Below, piece after piece: positions 33,245-43,056 of a stretch of 64,000 bases of DNA. This DNA is from a bacterium (GTDB lineage: Bacteria; UBA8248), in the NCBI GenBank assembly GCA_963692865.2, contig OY843592.1, positions 1,920,001 to 1,984,000 of the forward strand, in the 5' to 3' direction. How positions within the stretch are numbered: the first letter of the stretch is position 1; the number at the start of each line of letters is the position of its first letter. Below the pieces are notes generated by a model. It saw nothing but the letters and a program-made list of their open reading frames with translations, did no database searches and was not told the DNA's origin. Position numbers and translations under genes: made by a program.

Positions 33245-34192
33245 ATGCGGGCGGTCTTTTTCGGCACATCCGAATTCGCCGTGCCTGCGCTTCGGGCGCT
33301 GATCGCCTCGCCGGTCGAGGTGGCGGCCGTCTTCACGCAGCCGGACAGGCCCGCGGGCAGGGGCCGCAGGCTCACGCCGTCGCCCGTCAAGGCGTGCGCG
33401 CTCGAGGCGGGCCTTCCCGTGCTGCAGCCCGAGCGAATCCGCTCGACCGACGTCGCGGAATTCCGGCCCGACTTAGGGATAGTGGCGGCCTACGGGCAGA
33501 TATTAAGCGCAAAGCTGCTGGGCGTCCCCCGGCTGGGACTGGTGAACCTGCACCCCTCGCTTCTTCCGCGCTGGCGGGGCGCGGCGCCGATACAGCGCGC
33601 CCTCCTGGAGGGAGACGCCGAAACGGGTGTCTGCGTGATGCGGGTCACGCCCGAACTGGATGCGGGCGCGGTGCTCGCGCGGCGTTCGCTTCCCATCGGG
33701 TCGCGGGACACTTCCGCCGATCTGCACGACAAGCTGGCGGAACTCGGAGCCGGGCAGGTGGTGGCGACGCTGCTCGCGCTCGAAAGAGGCGAGGTCGCCG
33801 AAGAACCGCAGGATGAATCCCTGGTCACCTACGCCGAAAAACTCCGCAAAGATGAAGCGAAACTCGATTGGCGTCTGACCGCCGGCCGCCTCGACAGGCT
33901 GATCCGGGGCCTCAACCCCTGGCCGGTGGCGGAGACCGCCTGGCCGGACATAACCGGCGGCCCGGTGCGGATTTGGCGCGCGTGGCCGGTGGCGGAGGGC
34001 TCGGGCGGGGCGGCGGGCGAGATTCTGGGGTCTGCAGATTCGCCCGAGGGTGCGGGAATCCGCGTGGCGACGGGCGAGGGGGATCTGGTGCTCCTCGAAA
34101 TTCAGCCGCCCGGCAAGAAGAAGATGGACGGGGGCGCGTTCGCCAGGGGATATCCTTGCCGGCCCGGCCTCGTCATCGGAGAGGGCGCGTGA
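33245..34192 (+). CDS. fmt: Methionyl-tRNA formyltransferase
   Basis: TQPDRPAGRG, NLHPSLLPRWRGAAPI, LDAG. Confidence 0.97.
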   Translation: MRAVFFGTSEFAVPALRALIASPVEVAAVFTQPDRPAGRGRRLTPSPVKACALEAGLPVLQPERIRSTDVAEFRPDLGIVAAYGQILSAKLLGVPRLGLVNLHPSLLPRWRGAAPIQRALLEGDAETGVCVMRVTPELDAGAVLARRSLPIGSRDTSADLHDKLAELGAGQVVATLLALERGEVAEEPQDESLVTYAEKLRKDEAKLDWRLTAGRLDRLIRGLNPWPVAETAWPDITGGPVRIWRAWPVAEGSGGAAGEILGSADSPEGAGIRVATGEGDLVLLEIQPPGKKKMDGGAFARGYPCRPGLVIGEGA

Positions 34193-35559
34193 GCCGGAAC
34201 CTCGCGGTGAGCGGGAAAAGCGCGCGCTCCGCCGACCTCGTTCGCCGGGCGGCGCACGCCGCTCTCCTTTCTTTCGGAAAAACCCCCGTCGCGGCGGATA
34301 TTCTGGTCGAGCGGTTCGCCTCAAAGGACTTCGACGCGCGCGACCGCGCGTTTTTGCGCGAACTGGTCTATGGCGTCCTCAGGCGGCGGGGGCGTCTCGA
34401 TTTCGTTTTCGGCCATTTTCTCAAAAAACCGAAACTTGCCCCTCCCGTGCGCGAAGCGCTGCGGCTGGGCGCATATCAGCTCTTGTTCATGGATCGCGTG
34501 CCCGCGCACGGCGCGGTGGACGGCGCGGTTTCCTTGCTGGATCGCAAGAATCTGGATTGGGCGAGGGGCCTGGTGAACGCGGTGCTGCGCAAGGTGGCGG
34601 CGCATGACGTAGCGCCGCCCGATGAGATCGAGGATTACCTCACGATTTGGGAGTCCCACCCGCGTTGGCTCGTGAAGCGCTGGATGCGCGCGCTCGGCGA
34701 TGAGGAGGCGCTCAGAAGGTGCCGGGCGAACAACGAGGAGGCCCCCGTCGTGTTCCGCGTGAACACTCGGGCGTCGGACGCCCGGAGTCTGGCGGCCGAA
34801 CTTGAGAGCGAGGGCGTTGCGACGCGGCCCGGATGCGCCGACCCCGATTGTCTGGTGTTCCTGCCGGATGACAGCGCGGCAGGCGCGCGCTTCAGCGATA
34901 CGGCGGCCTGGCGCGAGGGTAAATTCATCGTCATGGACGAGAGTTCGAGCCTGGTGTCGCGCTTCGCCGGCGCCGCTCCCGGCGAGAGCGTTCTCGACGC
35001 CTGCGCGGCGCCCGGCGGGAAAACGGCCTGCCTCTCCTGGGCGGCGGGAGAGGGCGGGAGCGTCTTCGCCGGCGATACGTCGCCTCGCCGCCTCGCTCGC
35101 CTTGAGCGCAATTGTGTTAGGATTCGGGCGGACGCGCGGCTCTTGCGGATGGATGCGATGAGGCCGCCTTTTCATGAAGCATTCGACCTCGTCCTCGTGG
35201 ATGCGCCGTGCAGCGGGACCGGCGTGTTCCGGCGGCATCCCGATGCGAGGTGGCGACTGAGAGAGGAAGACCTGGGGGCGCAGGCGAAGCGGCAGAAGGC
35301 GCTCCTGCGCGGCGCGGCCTGCGCGGTGCGCCCCGGCGGCAGGCTGGTCTATTCGGTTTGCGCGAACGAGCCCGAGGAGACCGAAGAGGTGGCGGCTTCG
35401 TTTCAAGTTCCCGGCTTCGTTCCCATTCGCGGTGGAGGCGCGCTGCCCGAGTGCGCAAGGGATTTTCTTGAGCCGGACGGGAGCTTGCGGATCACGCCGG
35501 GAGACGGGCTTGACGGCTTTTTCGCCATGAGTTGGCGCAAAGAGGGCGGAAGATGCTGA
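34189..35559 (+). CDS. rsmB: 16S rRNA m5C967 methyltransferase
   Basis: NusB-like N-terminus (VNAVLR), DACAAPGGKT, DAPCSGTG, YSVC. Confidence 0.93.
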   Translation: MSRNLAVSGKSARSADLVRRAAHAALLSFGKTPVAADILVERFASKDFDARDRAFLRELVYGVLRRRGRLDFVFGHFLKKPKLAPPVREALRLGAYQLLFMDRVPAHGAVDGAVSLLDRKNLDWARGLVNAVLRKVAAHDVAPPDEIEDYLTIWESHPRWLVKRWMRALGDEEALRRCRANNEEAPVVFRVNTRASDARSLAAELESEGVATRPGCADPDCLVFLPDDSAAGARFSDTAAWREGKFIVMDESSSLVSRFAGAAPGESVLDACAAPGGKTACLSWAAGEGGSVFAGDTSPRRLARLERNCVRIRADARLLRMDAMRPPFHEAFDLVLVDAPCSGTGVFRRHPDARWRLREEDLGAQAKRQKALLRGAACAVRPGGRLVYSVCANEPEETEEVAASFQVPGFVPIRGGGALPECARDFLEPDGSLRITPGDGLDGFFAMSWRKEGGRC

Positions 35560-36491
35560 AAGGGATATTGAAGGGCGTTTTCTGGTTTGCGCTCCTGATG
35601 GCGCTCGGCGGCGCCGGGGGCGCCGTGGGCCTCTACGTCTTCAGGGGGGGAGAGGGCGTCTTCCTGCCCCAAGTGGCGGGCCTCGACGTGGTTCGCGCGC
35701 TGGAGCTGCTTGGAGAGAAGGGGATTCCCATGCAGGTCTCCGGGCGCGAGTTCAGCAATGAAGTGTCCATGAACCACGTCGTGAGCCAGAATCCTCCGGG
35801 AGGGCGCCGGATCCGCAAGGGGAGGATCGTGTCGCTCGTTCTCAGCAACGGCCCGCGCGACGTGGCGGTGCCCGCGGTGGTGGGGGAGAACCTCAGCCGC
35901 GCGGAGTCGCTCATCCGCCTGGAGGGTCTTCGCGTCCGTCTGGTGGAGCGGTTGTACGACCCCGGTCGGCCCATCGGCCAGGTTCTGGGCGTCTGGCCGG
36001 GGGAAGGTGAAAACGTCAGGCGCGGCGAAGGCGTGGTTCTCGTCGTCAGCCAGGGCGCCCGCGAACGGGCGTACGTCATGCCCGCCCTGATCGGGGAACC
36101 CGTCAACGACGCTCTCGACAAGGTTCGCGCGCTCGGCCTGACGGTCGGGCGCGTGCGCTACGTGGACCGCCCGGGCTCGCTCAGGGGCTCCGTCGTTTCT
36201 CAACTGCCGTCCCACGGGCGGCGTGTTCTGGCGGGCCACCACGTGCACGTTGACGTGGCGCGCGGCGCGGACCAGATGGCGGGGAACTTCATCGTCCTGC
36301 GCTACCGCGTGCCGGGTGGGAAACCCCGGCGCGCGCTCCGCGTGGAACTCGAATCGGACGGCGTGACGCGCGAGGAACTCTCCCGCGAGGTGAGCGCGGG
36401 CGAGGAGATTCACCTGCTGGTGCGGGTGAAGGGCGTGGCGCGCGCGCGTATTTTCCTGGACGGCCTTCTGGTCGAAGAACAGACGCATTAG
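35553..36491 (+). CDS. Membrane-anchored PASTA-domain protein (three PASTA repeats, no kinase domain)
   Basis: N-terminal TM; repeats beginning LPQVAG, VPAVVG and MPALIG with VVSQ.P. Confidence 0.85.
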   Translation: MLKGILKGVFWFALLMALGGAGGAVGLYVFRGGEGVFLPQVAGLDVVRALELLGEKGIPMQVSGREFSNEVSMNHVVSQNPPGGRRIRKGRIVSLVLSNGPRDVAVPAVVGENLSRAESLIRLEGLRVRLVERLYDPGRPIGQVLGVWPGEGENVRRGEGVVLVVSQGARERAYVMPALIGEPVNDALDKVRALGLTVGRVRYVDRPGSLRGSVVSQLPSHGRRVLAGHHVHVDVARGADQMAGNFIVLRYRVPGGKPRRALRVELESDGVTREELSREVSAGEEIHLLVRVKGVARARIFLDGLLVEEQTH

Positions 36492-36504
36492 GGAAGGAAT
36501 CGAC

Positions 36505-37182
36505 ATGCCGAAGCCCGATATGGCGCCCGGCGAAATCCGGGTCGCACCCTCTTTGCTCTCGTGTTCTTTCGAGAGAATGGGCGAGGAGATAGCGGCGGTG
36601 CGCGAAGCCGGGGCGGACTGGCTGCATTTCGACGTGATGGACGGGCATTTCGTGCCGAACATATCCGTGGGGCCTCTGGGCGTCGAGGCGGCCAGGCGGG
36701 CCGCGCCGGGCATGGCGCTCGACGTGCACCTGATGATCGCGGATCCGGATCGCTACGTCGAGGCGTTCGCCGATGCGGGCGCGGACATCCTGACGGTGCA
36801 CGTGGAGGCGCCGACGCACGTCCACCGGACTCTCCAGAGCATACGCGCGCGCGGTTTGGGCGTCGGGCTGACGCTGAACCCCGGAACGCCGCTTTCGGCG
36901 GTGGAGGGCCTGCTCCCGGAGGTGGACATGGTCCTCGTCATGAGCGTCAATCCGGGCTTCGGGGGCCAGAAGTTCATACCGGCTTCGCTGGAGCGGATTC
37001 GCCGTCTGAGAGGGATGATCGAGGCGGGAGGACTGTCGGTTCTGATAGAGGTCGACGGCGGCGTCACGCCGCGCAACGCGGCGGAGATACGCGCGGCGGG
37101 CGCGGAAGTACTGGTGGCCGGTTCCGCCGTGTTCGGCGCGCAAGACTACGCCGAGGCCGTACGCGGCATCAGGGGCGGATGA
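36505..37182 (+). CDS. rpe: Ribulose-phosphate 3-epimerase
   Basis: HFDVMDGHFVPN, DVHLM, MSVNPGFGGQ, VDGG. Confidence 0.97.
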   Translation: MPKPDMAPGEIRVAPSLLSCSFERMGEEIAAVREAGADWLHFDVMDGHFVPNISVGPLGVEAARRAAPGMALDVHLMIADPDRYVEAFADAGADILTVHVEAPTHVHRTLQSIRARGLGVGLTLNPGTPLSAVEGLLPEVDMVLVMSVNPGFGGQKFIPASLERIRRLRGMIEAGGLSVLIEVDGGVTPRNAAEIRAAGAEVLVAGSAVFGAQDYAEAVRGIRGG

Positions 37183-37538
37183 GGCTTGATTCGGGCTGTT
37201 GAAAAAGTCCTCATGAATGAGGGTTTGACGCATCCGATGAAAGAGCAAGAAACACTCCCCCCTTGAGGGTCGGGCTTCCCGAGGGGAAAGCCCAACGGTG
37301 AAGCCGAGCGTTTTTTGCGAAGGCTAAACCGGTGGGGGGAGATTTACTCTGTGGCATGTCCCCCCACCAACTCGCCTGCGGGCTTCGCCCTTGCCTCATC
37401 GTCGGCCTTCCCGAGGAGGAAAGATGGGGTAATCGGGTTGGTCTGCGAACTACCGCGTGTGGCGGATGTTCCTCTGCCTTATGATTCGAGGCGAGGCCGG
37501 GATGGTCCGGTCTCTACGCGCCCGCAGGAGGAGCAGTC

Positions 37539-38579
37539 ATGAACTACTTTGCAGGACTCGACGTGTCGTTGGAGTGGACGAGTGTGTGCGTGGTGGACGC
37601 GGAGGGCGGGATCGTCCGGGAGGCGAAGGTCGCGAGCGAACCCGCGGCCCTCGTGGCGTTCTTCACCGGACTGGCCTTCGGCGTAACGCGCATCTGCCTG
37701 GAGGCGGGGCCGCTGTCACAGTGGCTCCATGACGGTCTGGCCGAGGCCGGGTTCCCGGTGGTTTGCGCCGAGACGCGGCAACTGAAGGCGGTGCTCTCGG
37801 CGACGGTGAACAAGAGCGACCGCGACGACGCGCGCGGCATCGCCCAGTTGGTTCGCGCGAACCTGATTCGCCCGGTGCACGTGAAGACGGTGTCGAGCCA
37901 GGAAAAACGCATGCTCCTCGCCAACCGCAGGTTCATGCTGAAGCAGTTGTGCGACGCCGAGGCCCACATCCGGGGCACGCTGCGCAACTTCGGGCTGAAG
38001 ATGGGCAAGGTCACCCGTCGCGGTTTGGAGGCGCGTGTAGGGTGTCTGGTCGCGGAGCGCCCGGAGTTGGCGCGCCTGGTGGCGCCGATGCTGCGGGCTC
38101 GCTCTGCGCTGCTGGCGGAATACGTCCGGCTGCACAGGATGATGCTGGAGGCGGCGCGAGCCGATCCGGTCTGCCGGCGCCTGATGACGGTTCCCGGCGT
38201 GGGTCCGGTGACGGCGCTCACCTTCCGGGCGAGCGTCGACGTGCCATCGCGTTTTGCGCGCTCGCGCTCGGTGGGCGCGCACTTCGGGCTTGTGCCTCGC
38301 AAATGGCAATCCGGAGAGGTCGACCGCACGGGAAGCATCTCCAAATGCGGCGACGCGATGATGCGCGCGGCGCTCTACGAAGCCGCCAACGTCTTGCTCG
38401 GGCGCACGACGCGGTGGTCATGGCTGAAAGCCTGGGCGATGGGTGTGGCGAAGCGTCGCGGCAAGTCGCGCGCGAAGGTTGCGCTCGCCCGCCGGCTCGG
38501 CGTCATCATGCACCGCATGTGGATGGATGGCAGTGAGTTCCGCTGGAAGCGCGACGGCGCGGATGCTTCGGCTGCCTGA
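37539..38579 (+). CDS. IS110-family DEDD recombinase/transposase
   Basis: GLDVS, LEAG and KSDRDDA (DEDD), VPGVGP, GLVP..QSG serine motif, VALARRL; RBS AGGAGG. Confidence 0.97.
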   Translation: MNYFAGLDVSLEWTSVCVVDAEGGIVREAKVASEPAALVAFFTGLAFGVTRICLEAGPLSQWLHDGLAEAGFPVVCAETRQLKAVLSATVNKSDRDDARGIAQLVRANLIRPVHVKTVSSQEKRMLLANRRFMLKQLCDAEAHIRGTLRNFGLKMGKVTRRGLEARVGCLVAERPELARLVAPMLRARSALLAEYVRLHRMMLEAARADPVCRRLMTVPGVGPVTALTFRASVDVPSRFARSRSVGAHFGLVPRKWQSGEVDRTGSISKCGDAMMRAALYEAANVLLGRTTRWSWLKAWAMGVAKRRGKSRAKVALARRLGVIMHRMWMDGSEFRWKRDGADASAA

Positions 38580-38877
38580 GGTCGAGACACTGAAGAAGGA
38601 GGACCACAGACAAACCCTGTAGCTTCCGCCTCGGCGGGGGATGCTCCCGTGGGGACGAGGGACGAAGTGAGTACGCTGTCGGCCTAGCCCCGCTGCGTCG
38701 GTGACGATGCGAGGGCGCAGGAAAGATTGTTCCACTTCGTTCTCCGATCCCATCCTGTTGACGGCCCCCGGCTCGGGAGTCGATCACGAAGAGAAGCGAG
38801 ACCCCCATGGAGCGTCATCTGCAGCCAAAGGCGGAACAGGTCTGACAGAACCAGGGGAGAGGAACTTGACTTGCCCT
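38580..38877 (+). ncRNA. Predicted bridge/seek RNA of the IS1111-type element (ends approximate)
   Basis: Two stem-internal loop-hairpin modules (38662-38740, 38741-38801) whose loop strands match the target and the donor junction. Confidence 0.8.
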
Positions 38878-38993
38878 ACCCGATTAGAGAAGACCGACCC
38901 TCAAAGGGGGAGTGGTTCCATACTGCGTGTTAATCGGTATTGCTCGCGAGGAGGGAGTGAACCTCAAGACCATCGAGGTCGAACGCGGGCGGT

Positions 38994-39079
38994 GTAGGGG
39001 CCGCATATCATGCGGCCCGCCGCCGGAGGGGCGAAAAGGCCGGGCCGCATGATATGTCGGACATATATGTCTGGCCTAC
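38994..39079. repeat. GTAG-type REP doublet (REPIN-like)
   Basis: GTAGGGGCCGCATATCATGCGGCCC ... GGGCCGCATGATATG...CCTAC; related copies at 51444-51516 and 51819-51889, partial copy at 32211-32287. Confidence 0.8.
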
Positions 39080-39161
39080 AAAACCGTATTCCCTGCATGA
39101 CGACCGTGGGGGCGCTTCACGAAGGCCCCCACGGGAACATCCCTTTGAGAGATCAAAGTGC

Positions 39162-39380
39162 CCGTCATTCCGGCGAAAGCCGGAATCCATTTTCGCCTTT
39201 GTCTTTGGCCCTTCGCTTAGACGTCCTCGTTCCCGGCCGGGGAAGATACGGACACCGCCATATGTATCCACCTTATCCGTTTCGGACTCGGGCGCGGCGC
39301 CCCCTCCCGCGAGTCGGAATCAAATGCAAAAACGAAGGTAAAAATCATAAAATGGATTCCGGCTTTCGCCGGAATGACGG
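39162..39380. repeat. CGTC-type REP doublet
   Basis: CCGTCATTCCGGCGAAAGCCGGAATCCATTTT and its perfect reverse complement about 155 bp away. Confidence 0.85.
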
Positions 39381-39592
39381 TGGTTGTCCCGCATTGAGGG
39401 GGTTTTTCAACAACCCCGAGGAGGGAGCGTTCGCTGCCCTTGGCAGGGCTTTTTCAACAGCCCCGAGAGGGCGGCCCGCTCCATTCGCGGTTGACACCTT
39501 GCGCATAAAATCCTTATAAGTTTGGTTTCCTCACCCGGCGTTGCGGGTGGAAAATCGAAAACATATTGAATATCAATCAGTTGGGGTGCCCG

Positions 39593-40927
39593 ATGTTTGA
39601 CGGCTTGAAAGAGCGCCTGGGCGGAATCTTCAAGGATTTGAGAAGCCGGGGCGTTTTGGGTGAAAAAGAGGTCGATTCCGCGCTTCGCGAGATTCGCCTG
39701 GCCCTGCTCGAAGCCGACGTGAACTTCCGGGTCGCCAAGGATCTGGTGGCGAAAATCCGCGAAGATCTCCTCGGCGTCGAGCGCGTCGCGCACCTCGATC
39801 CCTCTCAACAGGTCATCAAGGCGGTCCAGGGGCGTCTCATCGAACTCATGGGGGCGAAGAACGCGCCGCTCGAGCGCGCCTCGAGCGGCGTCACCACCGT
39901 GATGCTCGTCGGTCTGCAGGGTTCGGGAAAGACGACGACGGCCGGCAAGATCGCCCTGAAATTAAAGAGCAAGGGACTGCGCGTTCTTCTCGTGCCCGCG
40001 GACGTGGCGCGGCCCGCCGCCATCGCCCAGCTCAAGCGGCTGGCCGAGCAGACGGGCGCGGAAGCGTTCGATTCAGAAGGAATGCCGGACCCCGTGGAGA
40101 TCGTCCGTCGGGCCGGCGAAAGAGCCCGGATCGAGCATTTCGATTACTGCATCGTGGACAGCGCGGGCAGGCTGCACGTCGACGACGCCCTGATGGACGA
40201 GTTGAAACGGATGAAAGAAGCGGCGCGGCCCGAGGAGGTGCTCCTGGTCGCGGACGCCATGACGGGCCAGGAAGCGGTGAACTTAGGCGCCGCGTTTTCC
40301 GAGCGCATCGGCATCACGGGCGTCGTGCTGACGAAGCTGGACGGCGACGCCAGGGGCGGCGGCGCCCTCTCGCTGCGCTCGGTGACGGGCGTGCCCGTCA
40401 AACTGGTCGGCGTGGGCGAGAAGCTCGACGCGATCGAGGAGTTTCACCCCGAGCGAATGGCTTCGCGGGTTCTGGGCATGGGAGACGTCATGTCCCTCAT
40501 CGAGAAGGCCGAGGCCGCCATCTCGGCGGATGACGCGAAGTCCATGGTGGAGTCCCTCGGCAAGGGTTCGTTCACCCTCGCGACGATGAAGGAGCAGATT
40601 CTCCAGATGCGGAAGATGGGTTCGATGGGCGACGTCTTGTCCATGATACCGGGGCTGGGAAGCCGGATGCCCGACGTGGATATCGACGAGACCGAACTCT
40701 CGCGCACGGTGGCCATCATCGATTCGATGACGCCCGCCGAGCGCGCGAAGCCCGAGATCATCAAGGGCAGCCGCAGGAAGCGCATCGCCGCCGGTAGCGG
40801 AACCCGGGTGCAGGACGTGAACCGGCTGCTCAAGCAGTTCGCGCAGACACAGAAACTGATGAGGCAATTTTCAAAGGGCGGGAAGAAAAAACAGATGCAG
40901 AGAATGCGTCAAATGCTTAATTTCTAG
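39593..40927 (+). CDS. ffh: Signal recognition particle protein
   Basis: [36 protein letters not shown]. Confidence 0.98.
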   Translation: MFDGLKERLGGIFKDLRSRGVLGEKEVDSALREIRLALLEADVNFRVAKDLVAKIREDLLGVERVAHLDPSQQVIKAVQGRLIELMGAKNAPLERASSGVTTVMLVGLQGSGKTTTAGKIALKLKSKGLRVLLVPADVARPAAIAQLKRLAEQTGAEAFDSEGMPDPVEIVRRAGERARIEHFDYCIVDSAGRLHVDDALMDELKRMKEAARPEEVLLVADAMTGQEAVNLGAAFSERIGITGVVLTKLDGDARGGGALSLRSVTGVPVKLVGVGEKLDAIEEFHPERMASRVLGMGDVMSLIEKAEAAISADDAKSMVESLGKGSFTLATMKEQILQMRKMGSMGDVLSMIPGLGSRMPDVDIDETELSRTVAIIDSMTPAERAKPEIIKGSRRKRIAAGSGTRVQDVNRLLKQFAQTQKLMRQFSKGGKKKQMQRMRQMLNF

Positions 40928-40938
40928 GGAGACACGCT

Positions 40939-41184
40939 TTGGCCGTAAAAATCAGACTTGCCCGTGGAGGCATGAAAAAGGCGCCGCGCTACCGCGTCGT
41001 CGTGCAGGATGAGCGCATGCCGCGCGATGGACGCTTCATCGAGAGCATCGGCCGCTACGACCCGTCGGAGGACCCCGCGTTCGTCCATATCGACCTCGAG
41101 AAGGCGAAGGCCTGGATGGAGAAGGGCGCCATCCCGACCCGGACGGTCAGGAACCTTCTCGACAGGGCGGGCATCAACGATTAG
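40939..41184 (+). CDS. rpsP: 30S ribosomal protein S16
   Basis: [24 protein letters not shown]; TTG start. Confidence 0.97.
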   Translation: MAVKIRLARGGMKKAPRYRVVVQDERMPRDGRFIESIGRYDPSEDPAFVHIDLEKAKAWMEKGAIPTRTVRNLLDRAGIND

Positions 41185-41193
41185 GCAAACCCC

Positions 41194-41700
41194 GTGAGCG
41201 GCAGGGTGGCCGTGGGCGTCGCGGTCAGGCCCCACGGCGTCAGGGGAGCCGTCCGGGTGGAGCCCTGGCTCGACGATTTGGGCGTCTACGGGCGGATCGA
41301 GGAGGTTTTCTCCCGCGATGAACCCGGGAAGAGATTCGAGGTGGCGGCCTGCCACCGGGGCGGCAAGGGCGCCGTCGTCTGGAAGTTCGAGGGAATCGAC
41401 ACCCCCGAGGCCGCCGAGGCGCTGCGGGGGATCGTTTTTCTGGCGGACAGGAAATTCCTGGGCGGCCCCGAAGAGGGTGTTCTCTATTTCGAGGATTTCG
41501 AGGGCTGCGAAGTCATCGACGAGGCGGGCAGCCTCTTGGGGCGCGTGGTGGACATGTTGGGCGCCGGCGGCAACGACGTCATCGTCATCCGCACGCCCGA
41601 TGGTGAGGAGTTGCTCGCGCCCGCCACGCGCGAGGTCGTCCTGCGGCGCGAGGGGGAGCGCTGGATATTCCGAATGCCGAAATTCGATGACGAGGACTGA
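41194..41700 (+). CDS. rimM: Ribosome maturation factor RimM
   Basis: PHGVRG, GIDTPEAAEALRG, GGNDV; operon position. Confidence 0.9.
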   Translation: MSGRVAVGVAVRPHGVRGAVRVEPWLDDLGVYGRIEEVFSRDEPGKRFEVAACHRGGKGAVVWKFEGIDTPEAAEALRGIVFLADRKFLGGPEEGVLYFEDFEGCEVIDEAGSLLGRVVDMLGAGGNDVIVIRTPDGEELLAPATREVVLRREGERWIFRMPKFDDED

Positions 41701-41709
41701 GGAGGCGCC

Positions 41710-42438
41710 ATGCGCATCGACGTTCTATCCGTTTTGCCCCGCATGGTGGAAGAAGCGTTCCGGGAGGGCGTCGTGGGGCGCGCGATCGAGGCGGGCGTTA
41801 TCGAACTGAAAGTCTGGAGCCTGCGCGATTTCGCCGAGGGGAAATACCAGCAGACCGACGACGCTCCCTTCGGCGGCGGCGCGGGCATGGTCATGAAGCC
41901 CGAACCCATCTGGCGAGGTGTCCGGGCGATTCGAGAAGACGCCGAAGGCGAGCCGCTCAAGGCGCTGCTCACGCCCCAGGGGAGGCTGTTCGATCAGGCC
42001 GCCGCCCGGAGGTTCGCAGAAGCGCCCCGGCTGCTCTTGATCTGCGGGCGCTATGAGGGCGTGGACGAGCGCGTGAGCGAGTTGTGCGTGGACGAGGAGG
42101 TCTCGGTCGGCGATTACGTGCTCTCGGGGGGGGAGATTCCGGCCATGGCCGTGATCGACGCGGTCGGCAGGCTCGTTCCCGGCGTCCTGGGGAACGACGC
42201 TTCCGCCGCCCAGGAGAGCTTCACCGGCGGCCTTCTCGATCACCCCCACTACACGCGCCCGGCGGAGTTCGAGGGGGTCCGCGCGCCGGACGTGCTCCTC
42301 TCCGGCGACCACGAGGCGGTTCGCCTCTGGCGGAGGCGCCGGGCGCTCGAAAGAACGCGCGAGAGGCGGAAAGACTTGTTCGAGCGGGCCGAATTGAACG
42401 ATGAGGATTTGAGACTCCTGGAATCTTTCAGGAATTAG
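41710..42438 (+). CDS. trmD: tRNA (guanine-N1)-methyltransferase
   Basis: DDAPFGGGAGMVM, CGRYEGVDER, GDYVLSGGE, HYTRP. Confidence 0.98.
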   Translation: MRIDVLSVLPRMVEEAFREGVVGRAIEAGVIELKVWSLRDFAEGKYQQTDDAPFGGGAGMVMKPEPIWRGVRAIREDAEGEPLKALLTPQGRLFDQAAARRFAEAPRLLLICGRYEGVDERVSELCVDEEVSVGDYVLSGGEIPAMAVIDAVGRLVPGVLGNDASAAQESFTGGLLDHPHYTRPAEFEGVRAPDVLLSGDHEAVRLWRRRRALERTRERRKDLFERAELNDEDLRLLESFRN

Positions 42439-42452
42439 AGGGGCCGGGGGTA

Positions 42453-43025
42453 TTGGGCAACGTCTATCTCGCGCTGATTCACCATCCGGTGCTCAACCGC
42501 GAGGGCGGCGTGGTGACCTCTTCGGTCACGAGCCTCGATTTGCACGATCTCGCCCGCGTGGGCCGCACCTATGGCGTCTCGGGCGTATTTGTGGTACATC
42601 CTTCTGCTCCGCAGCGGGCCTTCGTCGAGCGGGTGATTGGGCATTTCACGGAAGGTCCGGGCCGCGCGCTGCACCCGCAAAGAGGCGAGACGCTCGAGTT
42701 CCTGGAAGTGCTGCCCTCTCTGGATGCGCTCATCGAGGGGGTGGAGCGAAAGGAATCGAAAAGGCCGCGCCTCGCCGCCACGACGGCCAGGCGGGCGCCC
42801 GGCGCCGCAGGGTATGAAGCGCTGCGCCGCGAGGTGAGGGAGACGGACGCCCCGCTCGTCATCCTGTTCGGCACGAGCTGGGGTCTGGCGGATGAGGTTT
42901 TGGAGATGTCCGACGTTGTACTGTTGCCCGTGGAAGCGGAGGCCGATACGGGGTTCAACCACCTGTCGGTTCGCGGCGCTTCGGCGATAGTGGTGGATCG
43001 CATTTTCGGCAAAAGAGAGGTATAG
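42453..43025 (+). CDS. SPOUT-class RNA methyltransferase (TrmD-associated family)
   Basis: [36 protein letters not shown]. Confidence 0.88.
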   Translation: MGNVYLALIHHPVLNREGGVVTSSVTSLDLHDLARVGRTYGVSGVFVVHPSAPQRAFVERVIGHFTEGPGRALHPQRGETLEFLEVLPSLDALIEGVERKESKRPRLAATTARRAPGAAGYEALRREVRETDAPLVILFGTSWGLADEVLEMSDVVLLPVEAEADTGFNHLSVRGASAIVVDRIFGKREV

Positions 43026-43056
43026 TGCCGGTTTTTTCAGGACAAGGAGCAGGCGG

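Larger units (their letters stand above)
37421..38893 (+). mobile_element. IS110-family insertion sequence, IS1111 subgroup
   Basis: Subterminal IRs TAATCGGGT (37430-37438) / ACCCGATTA (38878-38886); AAGA core at both junctions; ~310-bp 3' non-coding end; empty target at 51611-51630 on the minus strand. Confidence 0.92.
37193..39464. mobile_element. TIR-bounded composite cassette B with REP-like cargo and a nested IS110-family element
   Basis: Left TIR 37193-37210; right TIRs 39398-39417 and 39445-39464; no flanking direct repeat seen. Confidence 0.65.

Noticed and set aside
37187-39470. Target-site duplications for cassettes B and C
   Set aside because: The flanks were checked and do not match, so none is claimed
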